Shown here piece after piece: positions 45,642 through 54,779 of a stretch of 64,000 nt of DNA. How positions within the stretch are numbered: position 1 is the first letter of the stretch; the number at the start of each line of letters is the position of its first letter. A program made the translations under genes and the position numbers. The notes beneath the pieces were generated by a model, which did not search any database, was not told the origin of the DNA, and saw only the letters and a program-made list of their open reading frames with translations. The DNA lies in the IMG/VR virus record IMGVR_UViG_3300028591_000093, positions 16,765 through 80,764 of that record; one strand, 5' to 3'. The DNA comes from a virus (lineage: Duplodnaviria > Heunggongvirae > Uroviricota > Caudoviricetes).

Positions 45642-46189
45642 AATATTGCTGGCTCATAGCCTTTCTGTAAAGAAACAAGCATACATGAGCCTGTCCATAG
45701 GGACTGCACCCAGTCATAGGGTAAAGAAAAAATATATGAATACTGTGCTCTCCTAACAGGAAATTTTAATACTTATTTGGTGTATCTTGAATTAGTAATT
45801 CCCTATTACAAAAGGGGACTAAGGATGGTGTGCCCAGGAGTCCTGGTAGAGTTTAAAAGAACAAGTAGCCTTGTAGTTCCTGCCAAAAGAAAAAAATCCA
45901 TAGCCCAAAAGTACCTAATATATTTTAGCGGGGTAAGCAAATAATGTATGGCTATGAGAAAGTTAAGGTAACTCACTATTGGCAATAGTGAAGTTTGTAT
46001 AGTAAAGTGCCAATTGTTATAAGTATATCTCCAGACATATTAAAAAGTAAGGCTGTGTTGAGCTTTATTTCTTCTGTAAAGTGACAGTGCAGAGATGTGC
46101 TACTGGGGTTTGCAGTTATGCTTCTGCATAGGCTCTGGGATAACAATTTATAGGGTAGAGGGATTAGTTTCTCTCTGCCCTTCTATTAT

Positions 46190-46262
46190 GCATGTGTAGC
46201 TCAATTGGTAGAGTGCTAGTCTCCAAAACTAGTTGTTGTGGGTTCGAGTCCTTCCACATGTG
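46190..46262 (+). tRNA. tRNA-Trp(CCA)
   Basis: Acceptor GCATGTG/CACATGT, D-arm GCTC-AATTGGTA-GAGT, anticodon arm CTAGT-CTCCAAA-ACTAG, T-loop TTCGAGT. Confidence 0.75.
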
Positions 46263-46283
46263 CTAACTAAAAACAACAAAAAT

Positions 46284-46700
46284 ATGTGTTTACTTGATAC
46301 AAGAAGATTCAGGTTTACTCTGAAAAGAATACCTGTATATAAAGTGGTTGTAGAAAGAGATAATCATTATAGGTCTCCATATAAAAGTGGATTTATTTCT
46401 AAATGTTTACCTTTTATACAGAAAAGCATTACAGATAATTCACCACATTACATTAAATATTATAAATGTTATGAATATGGTCCTGGATTTGTATTTGCTT
46501 TTGCTTCAAAGTCAATGGCAGAACTCAGAAAATTTCATTTAGAGGCAGAAGATGAATTTAACTTTCTTAATGAAAATACAGAAATTGCTCATTTTGTAAT
46601 TCTTGAAGGATATATTCCTGCATTTACAAGATATGCAATTGATGGCAGATGCCAAATTTGTGCTAGAGAAATGGTATTTACAAAAGTGTTACAATCATGA
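46284..46700 (+). CDS. hypothetical protein (138 aa)
   Basis: Internal ATG of ORF 46233-46700, placed downstream of tRNA-Trp. Confidence 0.4.
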   Translation: MCLLDTRRFRFTLKRIPVYKVVVERDNHYRSPYKSGFISKCLPFIQKSITDNSPHYIKYYKCYEYGPGFVFAFASKSMAELRKFHLEAEDEFNFLNENTEIAHFVILEGYIPAFTRYAIDGRCQICAREMVFTKVLQS

Positions 46701-47053
46701 ATATATATTGGTTAAAGAAGCTTAGAAAAGAAGCTAAGAAAAATGTCTGTGCTGTTGTAAATCAGGATTTAGATAGTTGGGCAGTAGTTTGTGACAACTA
46801 TTTTAAAGAAAGACATTTTTTAAGAATCTATATGGATGATTCTTGGCGATGTAAGCAGCCTACAGAAAGGTTAGAGTGGAATACAGAAAGATATAACTAC
46901 AGTAGCTTTGATTCTGTAGAAAAAGTCAAAGAAGCTCTTACTAAAGCTAGAAGATTTTATATATCTACTAGACTAGAAGCTTTAAAGAAAGCAAGAATTA
47001 AACAACAAAAGGCTGTTGAAGCTGATAAAGTTCTTAAAGCTTTAAACGGATAA
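46697..47053 (+). CDS. hypothetical basic protein (118 aa)
   Basis: ORF track. ATGA overlap. Confidence 0.4.
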   Translation: MNIYWLKKLRKEAKKNVCAVVNQDLDSWAVVCDNYFKERHFLRIYMDDSWRCKQPTERLEWNTERYNYSSFDSVEKVKEALTKARRFYISTRLEALKKARIKQQKAVEADKVLKALNG

Positions 47054-47059
47054 AGTGAT

Positions 47060-47130
47060 TGCCCTTTAGCATAGTGGTAGTGCATCAGATTTTGGTTCTG
47101 GGTAGGTAGGTTCGATTCCTGCAAGGGCAA
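47060..47130 (+). tRNA. tRNA-Gln(TTG)
   Basis: Acceptor TGCCCTT/AAGGGCA, D-arm GCAT-AGTGGTA-GTGC, anticodon arm TCAGA-TTTTGGT-TCTGG, T-arm GTAGG-TTCGATT-CCTGC. Confidence 0.7.
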
Positions 47131-47147
47131 CTAAATTTAAAAACATT

Positions 47148-47483
47148 ATGGCAGACTTAGATATAATAGTTAGAGCACAAAATCAGTCATATGAAAATAT
47201 TATGAAGACTTATGAGTTACTAGTTGAGAGTATTAGACAATACTTATCTAGAATGCTCATGTTTCATGATGAAAATAATCCATTAGACTGTAACTTTATT
47301 ATTTCTACTTCTGAAGATTGTGGACTTAGTGAATTGGAAAAGCCTACAGTCATTAGTATGTATCAAATGTCAGGTGAAGGTATCATCTATCTCAAGTTTG
47401 AAGGAGATAATGATTATATTGAACTTGATGAGTTAGAGGTAGAGATACAGTTAAGTATTCTTGAAGCAATTGAAAATAGCTAA
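47148..47483 (+). CDS. hypothetical acidic protein (111 aa)
   Basis: ORF track. Confidence 0.4.
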   Translation: MADLDIIVRAQNQSYENIMKTYELLVESIRQYLSRMLMFHDENNPLDCNFIISTSEDCGLSELEKPTVISMYQMSGEGIIYLKFEGDNDYIELDELEVEIQLSILEAIENS

Positions 47484-47856
47484 TATGTTTGGAATATTAC
47501 AAGACAGAATTGATAAGTTACAGAAAGATGTAGAATCTTTGACTATCAAGGAAATAGACAAAATTAACAAACAAGGTGGTGCTTTAATTGCTATTAGAGG
47601 TCACAGAGATAGTTATTATGGTTTTGTAGACAAGATTGTAACAGATGACTTGAGAAATGCTGTACAGTTCCATTTTACAACAGTTGTATGCAATGTACCA
47701 GGTCATGGTGAAGAAGGTTATAAGTATGTATTTGAAAAAGATTTTGATATGATAATCAGTATTTCTATCAAAGATTCAAATACTGTAGAGTATATTACTC
47801 CTAAAACTTTTGCAAATATTGTTGCAGCTTGTCTTACAGAAAATAAAATTTGTTAA
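47461..47856 (+). CDS. hypothetical protein (131 aa)
   Basis: ORF track. Confidence 0.4.
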   Translation: MKQLKIANMFGILQDRIDKLQKDVESLTIKEIDKINKQGGALIAIRGHRDSYYGFVDKIVTDDLRNAVQFHFTTVVCNVPGHGEEGYKYVFEKDFDMIISISIKDSNTVEYITPKTFANIVAACLTENKIC

Positions 47857-48275
47857 TTGTGGATGTAACTAATGAAAAAATCAGTAAACTTCTTAAAAAG
47901 AAAGAACAACTAACTGAATTTTTAAGAGATGTTGAAAACGAGTTAAGAGCAGTTCAAGCACAAGAATATAATGATAAATATAAAGGACATTACATTATTG
48001 TTCAAAGACAAGGTGAGACTTATTATGGCCTTGTAACAGAAGTAATGAAACTTAACCCTAATTGTTGTTCTTTTTATGTATCTTTTGGTATTATAGAAAG
48101 ACATACTTTAATAGGCAAAAGTGCATATAGTTTTGTTGATGATAGCTGTTTTTCACTTAGCTCAACTGATAACATAAAAATTATTAGCAAAGAATCTTTT
48201 AAGGAAGCTATTGAAGCATTTAAAAGAAGTTTAAGTGAAAGTATAGATAAATATCTAGATTCAGATGGAAAGTGA
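47850..48275 (+). CDS. hypothetical protein (141 aa)
   Basis: ORF track. Confidence 0.4.
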   Translation: MLIVDVTNEKISKLLKKKEQLTEFLRDVENELRAVQAQEYNDKYKGHYIIVQRQGETYYGLVTEVMKLNPNCCSFYVSFGIIERHTLIGKSAYSFVDDSCFSLSSTDNIKIISKESFKEAIEAFKRSLSESIDKYLDSDGK

Positions 48276-48783
48276 TACTACAAGACAAGTTGAAATTAGT
48301 TTTACAACTGCTAAAGAGTGGTACAATAAAGGAGGTTTCCTTAAATCAGTAGCTTTACAAGCATTTACTGAGGAAGAATTAAAATCTCCAACATATGAAG
48401 ATATTGCTAAAGAAATGTTTAAGAATAATAGAGGAGTATACATTACATTCAGAGGTACTATTCTAAATAATTATAATAGAACACCTTTTGAAGGTCAAAC
48501 AGTTGCTCCAAATAATTCTTTACATAAGTCTAATTTAGAAGCACTACTTGCAAAGAATAAACTCATCAATGTTGCTAATTATTTGAACGGTGATTGGAAA
48601 CCAGAACCCTGTACAAAAGTGTATTATCTTGCAGGATGTAATCCTATTACTGTAAAACCAGCAATGTTTAATCATATTGATTTTGATGCAGTTGTCTTTA
48701 AAAGTGCTAACCTAGCAATACAAGCCAAATTTATATTAGGAGATAGAACTATTAGATTAGCTTTATCTCCTTTAGGCTTTTAA
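48265..48783 (+). CDS. hypothetical protein, paralog family member (with 26268 and 27343)
   Basis: C-terminal LINVANYLNGDWKP...VFKSANLAIQAKFILGDRTIRLALSPLGF matches 26268-27083. Confidence 0.45.
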   Translation: MESDTTRQVEISFTTAKEWYNKGGFLKSVALQAFTEEELKSPTYEDIAKEMFKNNRGVYITFRGTILNNYNRTPFEGQTVAPNNSLHKSNLEALLAKNKLINVANYLNGDWKPEPCTKVYYLAGCNPITVKPAMFNHIDFDAVVFKSANLAIQAKFILGDRTIRLALSPLGF

Positions 48784-48790
48784 ATAAGGA

Positions 48791-48863
48791 GCCTCTATAG
48801 CTTAGTTGGTAAAGCATCTGACTCTTAATCAGAGGAGCCTAGGTTCGAGTTCTAGTGGAGGCA
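48791..48863 (+). tRNA. tRNA-Lys(CTT)
   Basis: Acceptor GCCTCTA/TGGAGGC, D-arm GCTT-AGTTGGTA-AAGC, anticodon arm TCTGA-CTCTTAA-TCAGA, T-arm CTAGG-TTCGAGT-TCTAG. Confidence 0.8.
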
Positions 48864-48968
48864 CATGAGTAAATTAAGAACATGTAAAAATTGTTGGCAT
48901 GACTATCATTGTCCTGCAAGGCAGGAAGGATTAGATTTAGCACCAACTTGTGAAGATTATTCAGAGGT

Positions 48969-49322
48969 ATGAGTAATGTAGTAATTTTGATTATCCTCAT
49001 CTTTATCATGGTTGGACTTCCAGCAATGTTAGTTTATGAGGATGAAAAGAAAATGGAAAAAGTTGATAAGTTATATGAAGAATTGAAAGAAAGTCAAGTA
49101 CTTCATATTACTGATGAGAACAGATTCCCAAAAACAACGTTTTACATTTATCATAAGGTAACAAAGAGAGATGACATTCAAGCTTTAATTCTAGATGTAG
49201 ATACAATTACATATGAAGGAACAAAGCCTCAGCAATCTGTTGTACCTATGATAATCTCTTATAGGGAAATTACTTCTGGTAAGAAGACCTATAAAGTAAC
49301 AAATAAGTATTTAAATGTTTGA
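48969..49322 (+). CDS. hypothetical protein with N-terminal TM (117 aa)
   Basis: ORF track. Confidence 0.4.
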   Translation: MSNVVILIILIFIMVGLPAMLVYEDEKKMEKVDKLYEELKESQVLHITDENRFPKTTFYIYHKVTKRDDIQALILDVDTITYEGTKPQQSVVPMIISYREITSGKKTYKVTNKYLNV

Positions 49323-49608
49323 TGGTAGAACACTTTCTGAAATGTTTGAGGATACTATGGCAAATTTTCTAGATAATGTAGAGAATATGCACAAAGCAGC
49401 TCTCAAACAACTTCAGAATCAATTAAATATAGCACTTACTTTCAATCAAACTCTATTGTCTGTTATACAAAGAGCTTACAATGAGGGTAAGCTTGATAAG
49501 GAATACTATGATATAATTTGTGTCATGGTAAATGGTCCTGAAGAGAAAGAAGAAGAACCAAAACAGGTTATTATACCATTACATAAACCAAATGAAAGTC
49601 AAGTATGA
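49315..49608 (+). CDS. hypothetical protein (97 aa)
   Basis: ORF track. Confidence 0.4.
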   Translation: MFDGRTLSEMFEDTMANFLDNVENMHKAALKQLQNQLNIALTFNQTLLSVIQRAYNEGKLDKEYYDIICVMVNGPEEKEEEPKQVIIPLHKPNESQV

Positions 49609-49799
49609 TAACAGTATATTATCCACTTTGTTCATGTAGGAATAATAAATGTTCATATAACACAATAGCTTATGATTTAACAGGAACTTATAGTGCTTTT
49701 AGTGATATAAGAGATTTCTTTAAGTTCTTTGTTAAATGTTTCTTCTCAAAAAAGAGATGTGATAAGTTTTGTGAGAAATTAAATAAGGAATATGGCTAA
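49605..49799 (+). CDS. hypothetical Cys-rich protein (64 aa)
   Basis: ORF track. ATGA overlap. Confidence 0.35.
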   Translation: MITVYYPLCSCRNNKCSYNTIAYDLTGTYSAFSDIRDFFKFFVKCFFSKKRCDKFCEKLNKEYG

Positions 49800-50037
49800 T
49801 GCAATATTTAATCCATCTTTTTCTATAACAGCAAGAGAATCTGCTCAACTAGAAAAAGAGTATGAAATAAACAATATTCTTTATTATCTTAATAGGGCAA
49901 GTATGTTAGTTGGAGGTGGACATAAGACAATCAATGAAGCAATTGATATTCTTAAACCTCAAACTAGATTTGCAAAAGAAGTTGAAAAACAAATCAATAG
50001 TGCATGGAGTTATGAAACCGAACATAAAACAGTGTAA
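49792..50037 (+). CDS. hypothetical protein (81 aa)
   Basis: ORF track. Confidence 0.35.
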   Translation: MANAIFNPSFSITARESAQLEKEYEINNILYYLNRASMLVGGGHKTINEAIDILKPQTRFAKEVEKQINSAWSYETEHKTV

Positions 50038-50272
50038 AGATTTAATCAAGAAACATAAACAAATTCTTGAAAAAGAAGTACAAATTGAAGAACAAAAACA
50101 AAAGTTCTTCAAACAGCAATTGGAAGATTCCAGAACTGGGATTCATAACCACAAACTGTTGAATCACATAAGTGATGACACTTCTGTCATGATAAACTCT
50201 CTTAAAGTTCTTAATAAAGAATTTAACTTACTTATGGAAGAGTTTGAAAAAGTAGTAAACCAAAAAGAATAA
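50012..50272 (+). CDS. hypothetical coiled-coil protein
   Basis: Internal ATG (MKPNIKQ) of ORF 49910-50272, chosen to limit overlap with the upstream gene. Confidence 0.3.
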   Translation: MKPNIKQCKDLIKKHKQILEKEVQIEEQKQKFFKQQLEDSRTGIHNHKLLNHISDDTSVMINSLKVLNKEFNLLMEEFEKVVNQKE

Positions 50273-50274
50273 TT

Positions 50275-50679
50275 ATGAATCAAGAACAAGTATTACAACT
50301 TGCTAATTTGCAGTTAGCACTTGAACAAAGAGTTGAAGAAATCAGAGATATTCTTGGTGGATGTAAAAAGTATGAGGCTGCTAATTATGTAAAGGGTGAC
50401 GCTTGTACTCTTTATGTATATAAGAATCAAAATAACACACTTGATATAAATGTAACAGGTAGTGGTTATGGTAATTGTTGCATGGGAGAATGTGAGCATT
50501 TTGAACTTTGGTTTCCTGCTGAATATCTTTGGATGTCAAAAGAAGAACTTATCTCAACTATAGAAAAAATTAAGGAGGAGGAAAAACAATCTGAACTTCT
50601 TCTTGAGAAAAAGAGAAAAGAGTGTATTGAAGCAAATGAAAGAGCTCAATATGAGAAGTTAAAAGCAAAATATGGCTAA
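50275..50679 (+). CDS. hypothetical protein (134 aa)
   Basis: ORF track. Confidence 0.4.
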   Translation: MNQEQVLQLANLQLALEQRVEEIRDILGGCKKYEAANYVKGDACTLYVYKNQNNTLDINVTGSGYGNCCMGECEHFELWFPAEYLWMSKEELISTIEKIKEEEKQSELLLEKKRKECIEANERAQYEKLKAKYG

Positions 50680-50929
50680 TATGATATACAGATTACTATT
50701 TTTATGGTTACTTTTACATTTGATTGCTATTTTACATGAAGTAGCTCAGTATAGTAGAAGTAAAAAGTGGGGAATTAAATGGTGGATGGACAACCATTTA
50801 GGAGGTCTTTCTGGAGCTCTTTTAGCTATAGATGTAATTGGTTTAGGTATATTAGCAATTCTTCTTATAATAGCTTTTGTTGCTGAAGGATTAGAAGGCA
50901 TTGTCAAAATATTTAGATTTATATTCTAA
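50672..50929 (+). CDS. membrane protein (85 aa)
   Basis: ORF track. TM helices. Confidence 0.4.
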   Translation: MANMIYRLLFLWLLLHLIAILHEVAQYSRSKKWGIKWWMDNHLGGLSGALLAIDVIGLGILAILLIIAFVAEGLEGIVKIFRFIF

Positions 50930-51041
50930 TGAGTAGAATTTTTGATGTATGCTTTCCAAAATGTCCATTGTTTTATATGTGTGAGAATTTCCATATACAT
51001 AACAGTTTAAATCAATGTGCAGGATTTAAGCTTAGAAAAGA

Positions 51042-51446
51042 ATGGAAAAGAATTTACAAGAATTGATTATGGAACATGAACCTCATGTATCATTAGATAC
51101 TGCAAACCTTCTTAAACAGGCAGGATTTGATTGGAATTGTCAAGGCTTCTATAAAGAAAATGTCTTCTATAGTGGTTCTATAGAATACTGTTCTAATTAT
51201 CATTATCAAGAGTCTGTTTATGCAAAAGCTCCAACTCTCGATGTAGCACAAAGATGGTTAAGAGAAGTACATCATTTACATATAACTATCTTTTCATCAT
51301 CACAAGAGTCTTGGATGTTTAGAATTACCAAACAACATCAAAGTTTAGAAGATGGTGTTTATGGAGAAGATTTTTATACTTATGAAGAAGCTCAAGAAGC
51401 AAGTATAAAGAAAGCACTTGAAATAATTTTGGAAAAAGGAGAATAA
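51042..51446 (+). CDS. hypothetical protein, paralog of 52605-53012
   Basis: VSLDTANLLKQAGF...APTLDVAQRWLREVHH parallels VSLETAKMLKEAGF...APTLATAQRWLQQVHH. Confidence 0.4.
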   Translation: MEKNLQELIMEHEPHVSLDTANLLKQAGFDWNCQGFYKENVFYSGSIEYCSNYHYQESVYAKAPTLDVAQRWLREVHHLHITIFSSSQESWMFRITKQHQSLEDGVYGEDFYTYEEAQEASIKKALEIILEKGE

Positions 51447-51448
51447 TT

Positions 51449-51685
51449 ATGTCAGAATTAGGATTAGATATGCTTGATGGTTGTCTAAAAGCATTTGCAT
51501 GGATAGCTGGAATTTGCATAATCACTATGATATTAGGATTATGTATTTGGGACTTAGAAGTTCCTAAAGACCATTGTATTAAGTGTGGTAGGGTTATCTG
51601 CAATGAAAACTATTGTCCTAATTGTGGTATGTCAACAGATAGTGTTGATACATATAATTATTGGAATAATCCAAAGAGAAAATGA
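51449..51685 (+). CDS. small membrane protein with CxxC...CPNC zinc-ribbon
   Basis: ORF track. Confidence 0.4.
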   Translation: MSELGLDMLDGCLKAFAWIAGICIITMILGLCIWDLEVPKDHCIKCGRVICNENYCPNCGMSTDSVDTYNYWNNPKRK

Positions 51686-51689
51686 AGTT

Positions 51690-51830
51690 ATGACAAGCAA
51701 TCAAAAATTTGGGAGACTTGTTGCTAACCTAATGTGGAATACTGGATGGGAAAAATGTCCATTTATTTTAAACATGGAGCAGACAGTGGCATGTTGGAGT
51801 AGATGGAAAGAATTAAAGAAAGGACAATAA
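51690..51830 (+). CDS. small hypothetical protein (46 aa)
   Basis: Internal ATG of ORF 51585-51830, placed after the upstream TGA. Confidence 0.3.
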   Translation: MTSNQKFGRLVANLMWNTGWEKCPFILNMEQTVACWSRWKELKKGQ

Positions 51831-51833
51831 GTT

Positions 51834-51980
51834 ATGATAGCTAAGGAATTAGCAGAAATTTTATTGCAAAATCCAGACAAAGAAGTTCATTTTGCAACTG
51901 GTGATGGTGGATGTTCTGGTGCACTTCCAGTAGAAACAGTCGAAATATTTAATAATAATATTTTATTAGATTGTAAATAA
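51834..51980 (+). CDS. small hypothetical protein (48 aa)
   Basis: MIAKELAEILLQNPDKEVHFATGDGGCSGALPVETVEIFNNNILLDCK. Fills the gap between called ORFs. Confidence 0.3.
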   Translation: MIAKELAEILLQNPDKEVHFATGDGGCSGALPVETVEIFNNNILLDCK

Positions 51981-51982
51981 TC

Positions 51983-52192
51983 ATGGAAGAGACAATTACT
52001 GCTTGGATAGCAAGAGATAAAGTTGAGAATAGAATATACTTATATCTTTACAAACCACATAAAAATCCTAAGGGATGGTGGTATTTAGAAAATGACAAAG
52101 ATAAGGTAATTGATTCTAATTTATTTCCTGAAGTCAAATGGGAAGATAAAGAACCTACTAAAGTGGAATTGACCATTAAAATTTGTGAATAA
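51983..52192 (+). CDS. hypothetical protein (69 aa)
   Basis: ORF track. Confidence 0.35.
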   Translation: MEETITAWIARDKVENRIYLYLYKPHKNPKGWWYLENDKDKVIDSNLFPEVKWEDKEPTKVELTIKICE

Positions 52193-52194
52193 AC

Positions 52195-52404
52195 ATGAAA
52201 ACTTTATTTGAAATTTTACCAGATTTTCTTAATGGTAAGAAAATTCGTAGAGTATCTTGGAATCAAAATCTTTGGCTTGAAACTACAGATGGTACATTAA
52301 CTAGGTTAATGATTAAAGAAGATTCTGGTATTAGACTGTTACATATAGGTGAAGGATTTTCTCTTGATGATGTTAAAGCAAAAGATTGGGAAATAGTACA
52401 ATAA
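52195..52404 (+). CDS. hypothetical protein (69 aa)
   Basis: ORF track. Confidence 0.35.
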   Translation: MKTLFEILPDFLNGKKIRRVSWNQNLWLETTDGTLTRLMIKEDSGIRLLHIGEGFSLDDVKAKDWEIVQ

Positions 52405-52420
52405 AAATAACAGTTAAAAT

Positions 52421-52618
52421 TTGTGGGTAATTATGACTAAGAAAGAATTTATATTAGCCATAAATGAGGAATATGGTACTCCTGGATTTAGCAGTATAAT
52501 CTGGCACCCTGAATGTAAAAAATGGAGAGCTAGGAAAGTTATAGGTGGTAATAATGTTTGTATGTGGCTTACAACAGCATATAAACATAAAATACAGAAA
52601 GAAAATGGTATGGGATAA
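52421..52618 (+). CDS. hypothetical protein (65 aa)
   Basis: ORF track. Confidence 0.35.
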   Translation: MWVIMTKKEFILAINEEYGTPGFSSIIWHPECKKWRARKVIGGNNVCMWLTTAYKHKIQKENGMG

Positions 52619-53012
52619 ATGTGTGAGTCTTGAAACTGCTAAAATGTTGAAAGAAGCAGGTTTCAATCTTGAATGTATGTCTTACTATCAGCATGGTATT
52701 TTCTATCAATATTCTGTAGATAGGGATAGGATTGTATTGTGTGATTGTAATGCAGCTCCTGCGTATATGGACCAATATTCTGCACCTACTTTGGCAACAG
52801 CTCAAAGATGGTTACAACAAGTTCACCATATTGAGGTATATGGCTGCAAGAATTTCTTTCCAAATGAGAAAGAGACAGCTAATACTTATGGAGCTTTCAT
52901 AGGAAATGTTGGTGTTGAGTGTATTGCTTTATATCCTGACTATGATTCTGCATTAGAAGCAGGAATACAATATGCACTTAATATAATCATAAAAGGTTTA
53001 CCATTTGCATGA
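52605..53012 (+). CDS. hypothetical protein, paralog of 51042-51446
   Basis: Internal ATG (MVWDKCVSLETAKM) of ORF 52545-53012. Confidence 0.4.
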   Translation: MVWDKCVSLETAKMLKEAGFNLECMSYYQHGIFYQYSVDRDRIVLCDCNAAPAYMDQYSAPTLATAQRWLQQVHHIEVYGCKNFFPNEKETANTYGAFIGNVGVECIALYPDYDSALEAGIQYALNIIIKGLPFA

Positions 53013-53185
53013 ATGAAACATTAAATAGTCTTATTAAGGCTGCAAGTAATTTTGGCTTAAATTATGTGTTTGTTGATAAGTATTTACTTGATAATGATAC
53101 AATTGAACACTTAAAAAGTCAGAATTATTCAATTTTAATAGGTCAAGGAACTGCTGCTAGGATAAAGATTAGCTGGTAAGTTACA

Positions 53186-53763
53186 GGGCACCTTGGCGAA
53201 ATTGGCAGACGCGCTAGACTTTATCTATAATTTGAGTGCTTATAAAGAAACTTATAGAGTAGAACCTCCCTAATTCGGTGAAGACTAAGTTAGAATAAAA
53301 AAGAAAGTGTAAGTTTTGAAGAAGATTTCACGAATCTCTGGACAATCCTGCATCCTCGCTGAGTTTTTCTTTTTCTAATATGTTAATACCGAGCCAATGT
53401 TAAAACTCAATGATAGGTCTCAATAAAATGGAAGAAGAGACTGATGATATGTCATCCTGAAAGAATTGAGATAATAGACAGTGTGTAGAGACTATACAGG
53501 AGGAACCTAAGTTAGAATTGTAAATTAGAGAACCATATGCATTCTGGGTAAACCGCTAGGTCAGTGAACATCTAATTTACATCTTGCAAGATTCTAATAA
53601 GGTTAAGATAGAGTCCAGACTACAACAAATAATTAGTTTACAGCCATGCAAAACGAGCTAGGTGAACATGCAATCGTTCTAGTTATTTGGCTATGGAAAC
53701 ATAGAGTAGTAAGAAAATCTAGTGGCCAGTGATGGCTGTGTGGGTTCAAGTCCCATAGGTGCT
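53186..53763 (+). tRNA. tRNA-Leu(TAA) interrupted by a group I intron: exon 1 53186-53220, exon 2 53713-53763
   Basis: Exons join to GGCACCT-TG-GCG-AAATTGGCAGA-CGC-G-CTAGA-CTTAAAA-TCTAG plus a 17-nt variable arm and GTGGG-TTCAAGT-CCCAT-AGGTGCT-A. The split lies between U34 and A35, the classical tRNA-Leu(UAA) intron site. Confidence 0.7.
53221..53712 (+). other. group I intron (492 nt, no ORF) in the anticodon loop of tRNA-Leu(UAA)
   Basis: Last exon-1 base is U and the intron ends in G. GGTGAAGACTAAGT (about 53278) resembles the group I R element. TAAGATAGAGTCC (about 53594) resembles the S element AAGATATAGTCC. Confidence 0.6.
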
Positions 53764-53769
53764 ACAATT

Positions 53770-54189
53770 ATGGAATTGACATTAGAACAATATCTTGAAA
53801 GAGAGAAAAGGTTTTTTGATAAGTATGATGAATATATCAGAAAACTTATAGCAATTAACAAATCAGAAAATGACAGTAATGAAGAGGAATGTGTGGAGAA
53901 GAGAAAAGCCTTAAAGAAAGAATATGAAGGTTATACTTCTATTTACCATTGTGACTTCTTTACTGAACTAACACAAAGTTATATTGATACTCATCCTGGA
54001 TGTGTCAATGCTCCTAAAATTCTAAAAGAAGTGGAGAAGAACAAGGGAAGAAAGTTTTTCTTTGGCGATAAAATCTGCACTATGACAAGAGCAATTGTTG
54101 GAACAGATGATTATTACTATGAACTTGTAGATAACAAACAAGGAAGACATTACTATACTTGTGTTGGATTTCCAACTAGAGCTGATTAA
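53770..54189 (+). CDS. hypothetical Cys-containing protein (139 aa)
   Basis: Internal ATG (MELTLEQ) of ORF 53722-54189, placed beyond the tRNA-Leu 3' end. Confidence 0.4.
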   Translation: MELTLEQYLEREKRFFDKYDEYIRKLIAINKSENDSNEEECVEKRKALKKEYEGYTSIYHCDFFTELTQSYIDTHPGCVNAPKILKEVEKNKGRKFFFGDKICTMTRAIVGTDDYYYELVDNKQGRHYYTCVGFPTRAD

Positions 54190-54194
54190 CTCTT

Positions 54195-54779
54195 ATGAAT
54201 TACATATTTGGAATAGATATTGATGAAGTACTTAGGAGTACTCTATCAAAGATGTTAGAGGTGTATAATAGAGAATTCAAAGACAATAAGACAATGGATG
54301 ATGTTCATAGTTTTGTTGTTGAGGAAAGTTTTCCAAGAATTCTTACTGAAACTGGTATAAAAGCTGGAGATTGGTTCTTCCAATTACACAGTAAGGAAAT
54401 CTTTGAAGATGCTGCTTTACTGCCTCATGTTGTAGAAGCAATAGAGATTCTCAAGAAGTTTGGTAAGATAGTCATTATATCCTACCAGAAAACACCTCTT
54501 AATAAAGAACAAGCTATTGAATGGCTTGACAAACATGGGATTACCTATGATGGATTATGTTTCCTTAAAGATAAATCATTGCTTCATGTAGATTATCTTA
54601 TTGATGATAATGATTGGAACTTTAAAGGAAGTACTGCTCAATATGGTGTACTTATTAAAGCACCATATAATAAAAATGTAGATGTTTCAGAACTCTGTAC
54701 ACACGGAGATTGTATGGACATCTACAGATTTGATACTTTGCATGATTTTGCTAAATGGTTTGAAATGTGTCATGAGTAA
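54195..54779 (+). CDS. HAD-superfamily phosphatase, 5'(3')-deoxyribonucleotidase-like
   Basis: HAD motif I FGIDIDEVL (DxDxV). Size (194 aa) and pattern are similar to the NT5C family. Confidence 0.45.
   Translation: MNYIFGIDIDEVLRSTLSKMLEVYNREFKDNKTMDDVHSFVVEESFPRILTETGIKAGDWFFQLHSKEIFEDAALLPHVVEAIEILKKFGKIVIISYQKTPLNKEQAIEWLDKHGITYDGLCFLKDKSLLHVDYLIDDNDWNFKGSTAQYGVLIKAPYNKNVDVSELCTHGDCMDIYRFDTLHDFAKWFEMCHE

Noticed and set aside
53722-53769. 5' part of ORF 53722-54189
   Set aside because: Overlaps exon 2 of tRNA-Leu. The gene is better started at ATG 53770.
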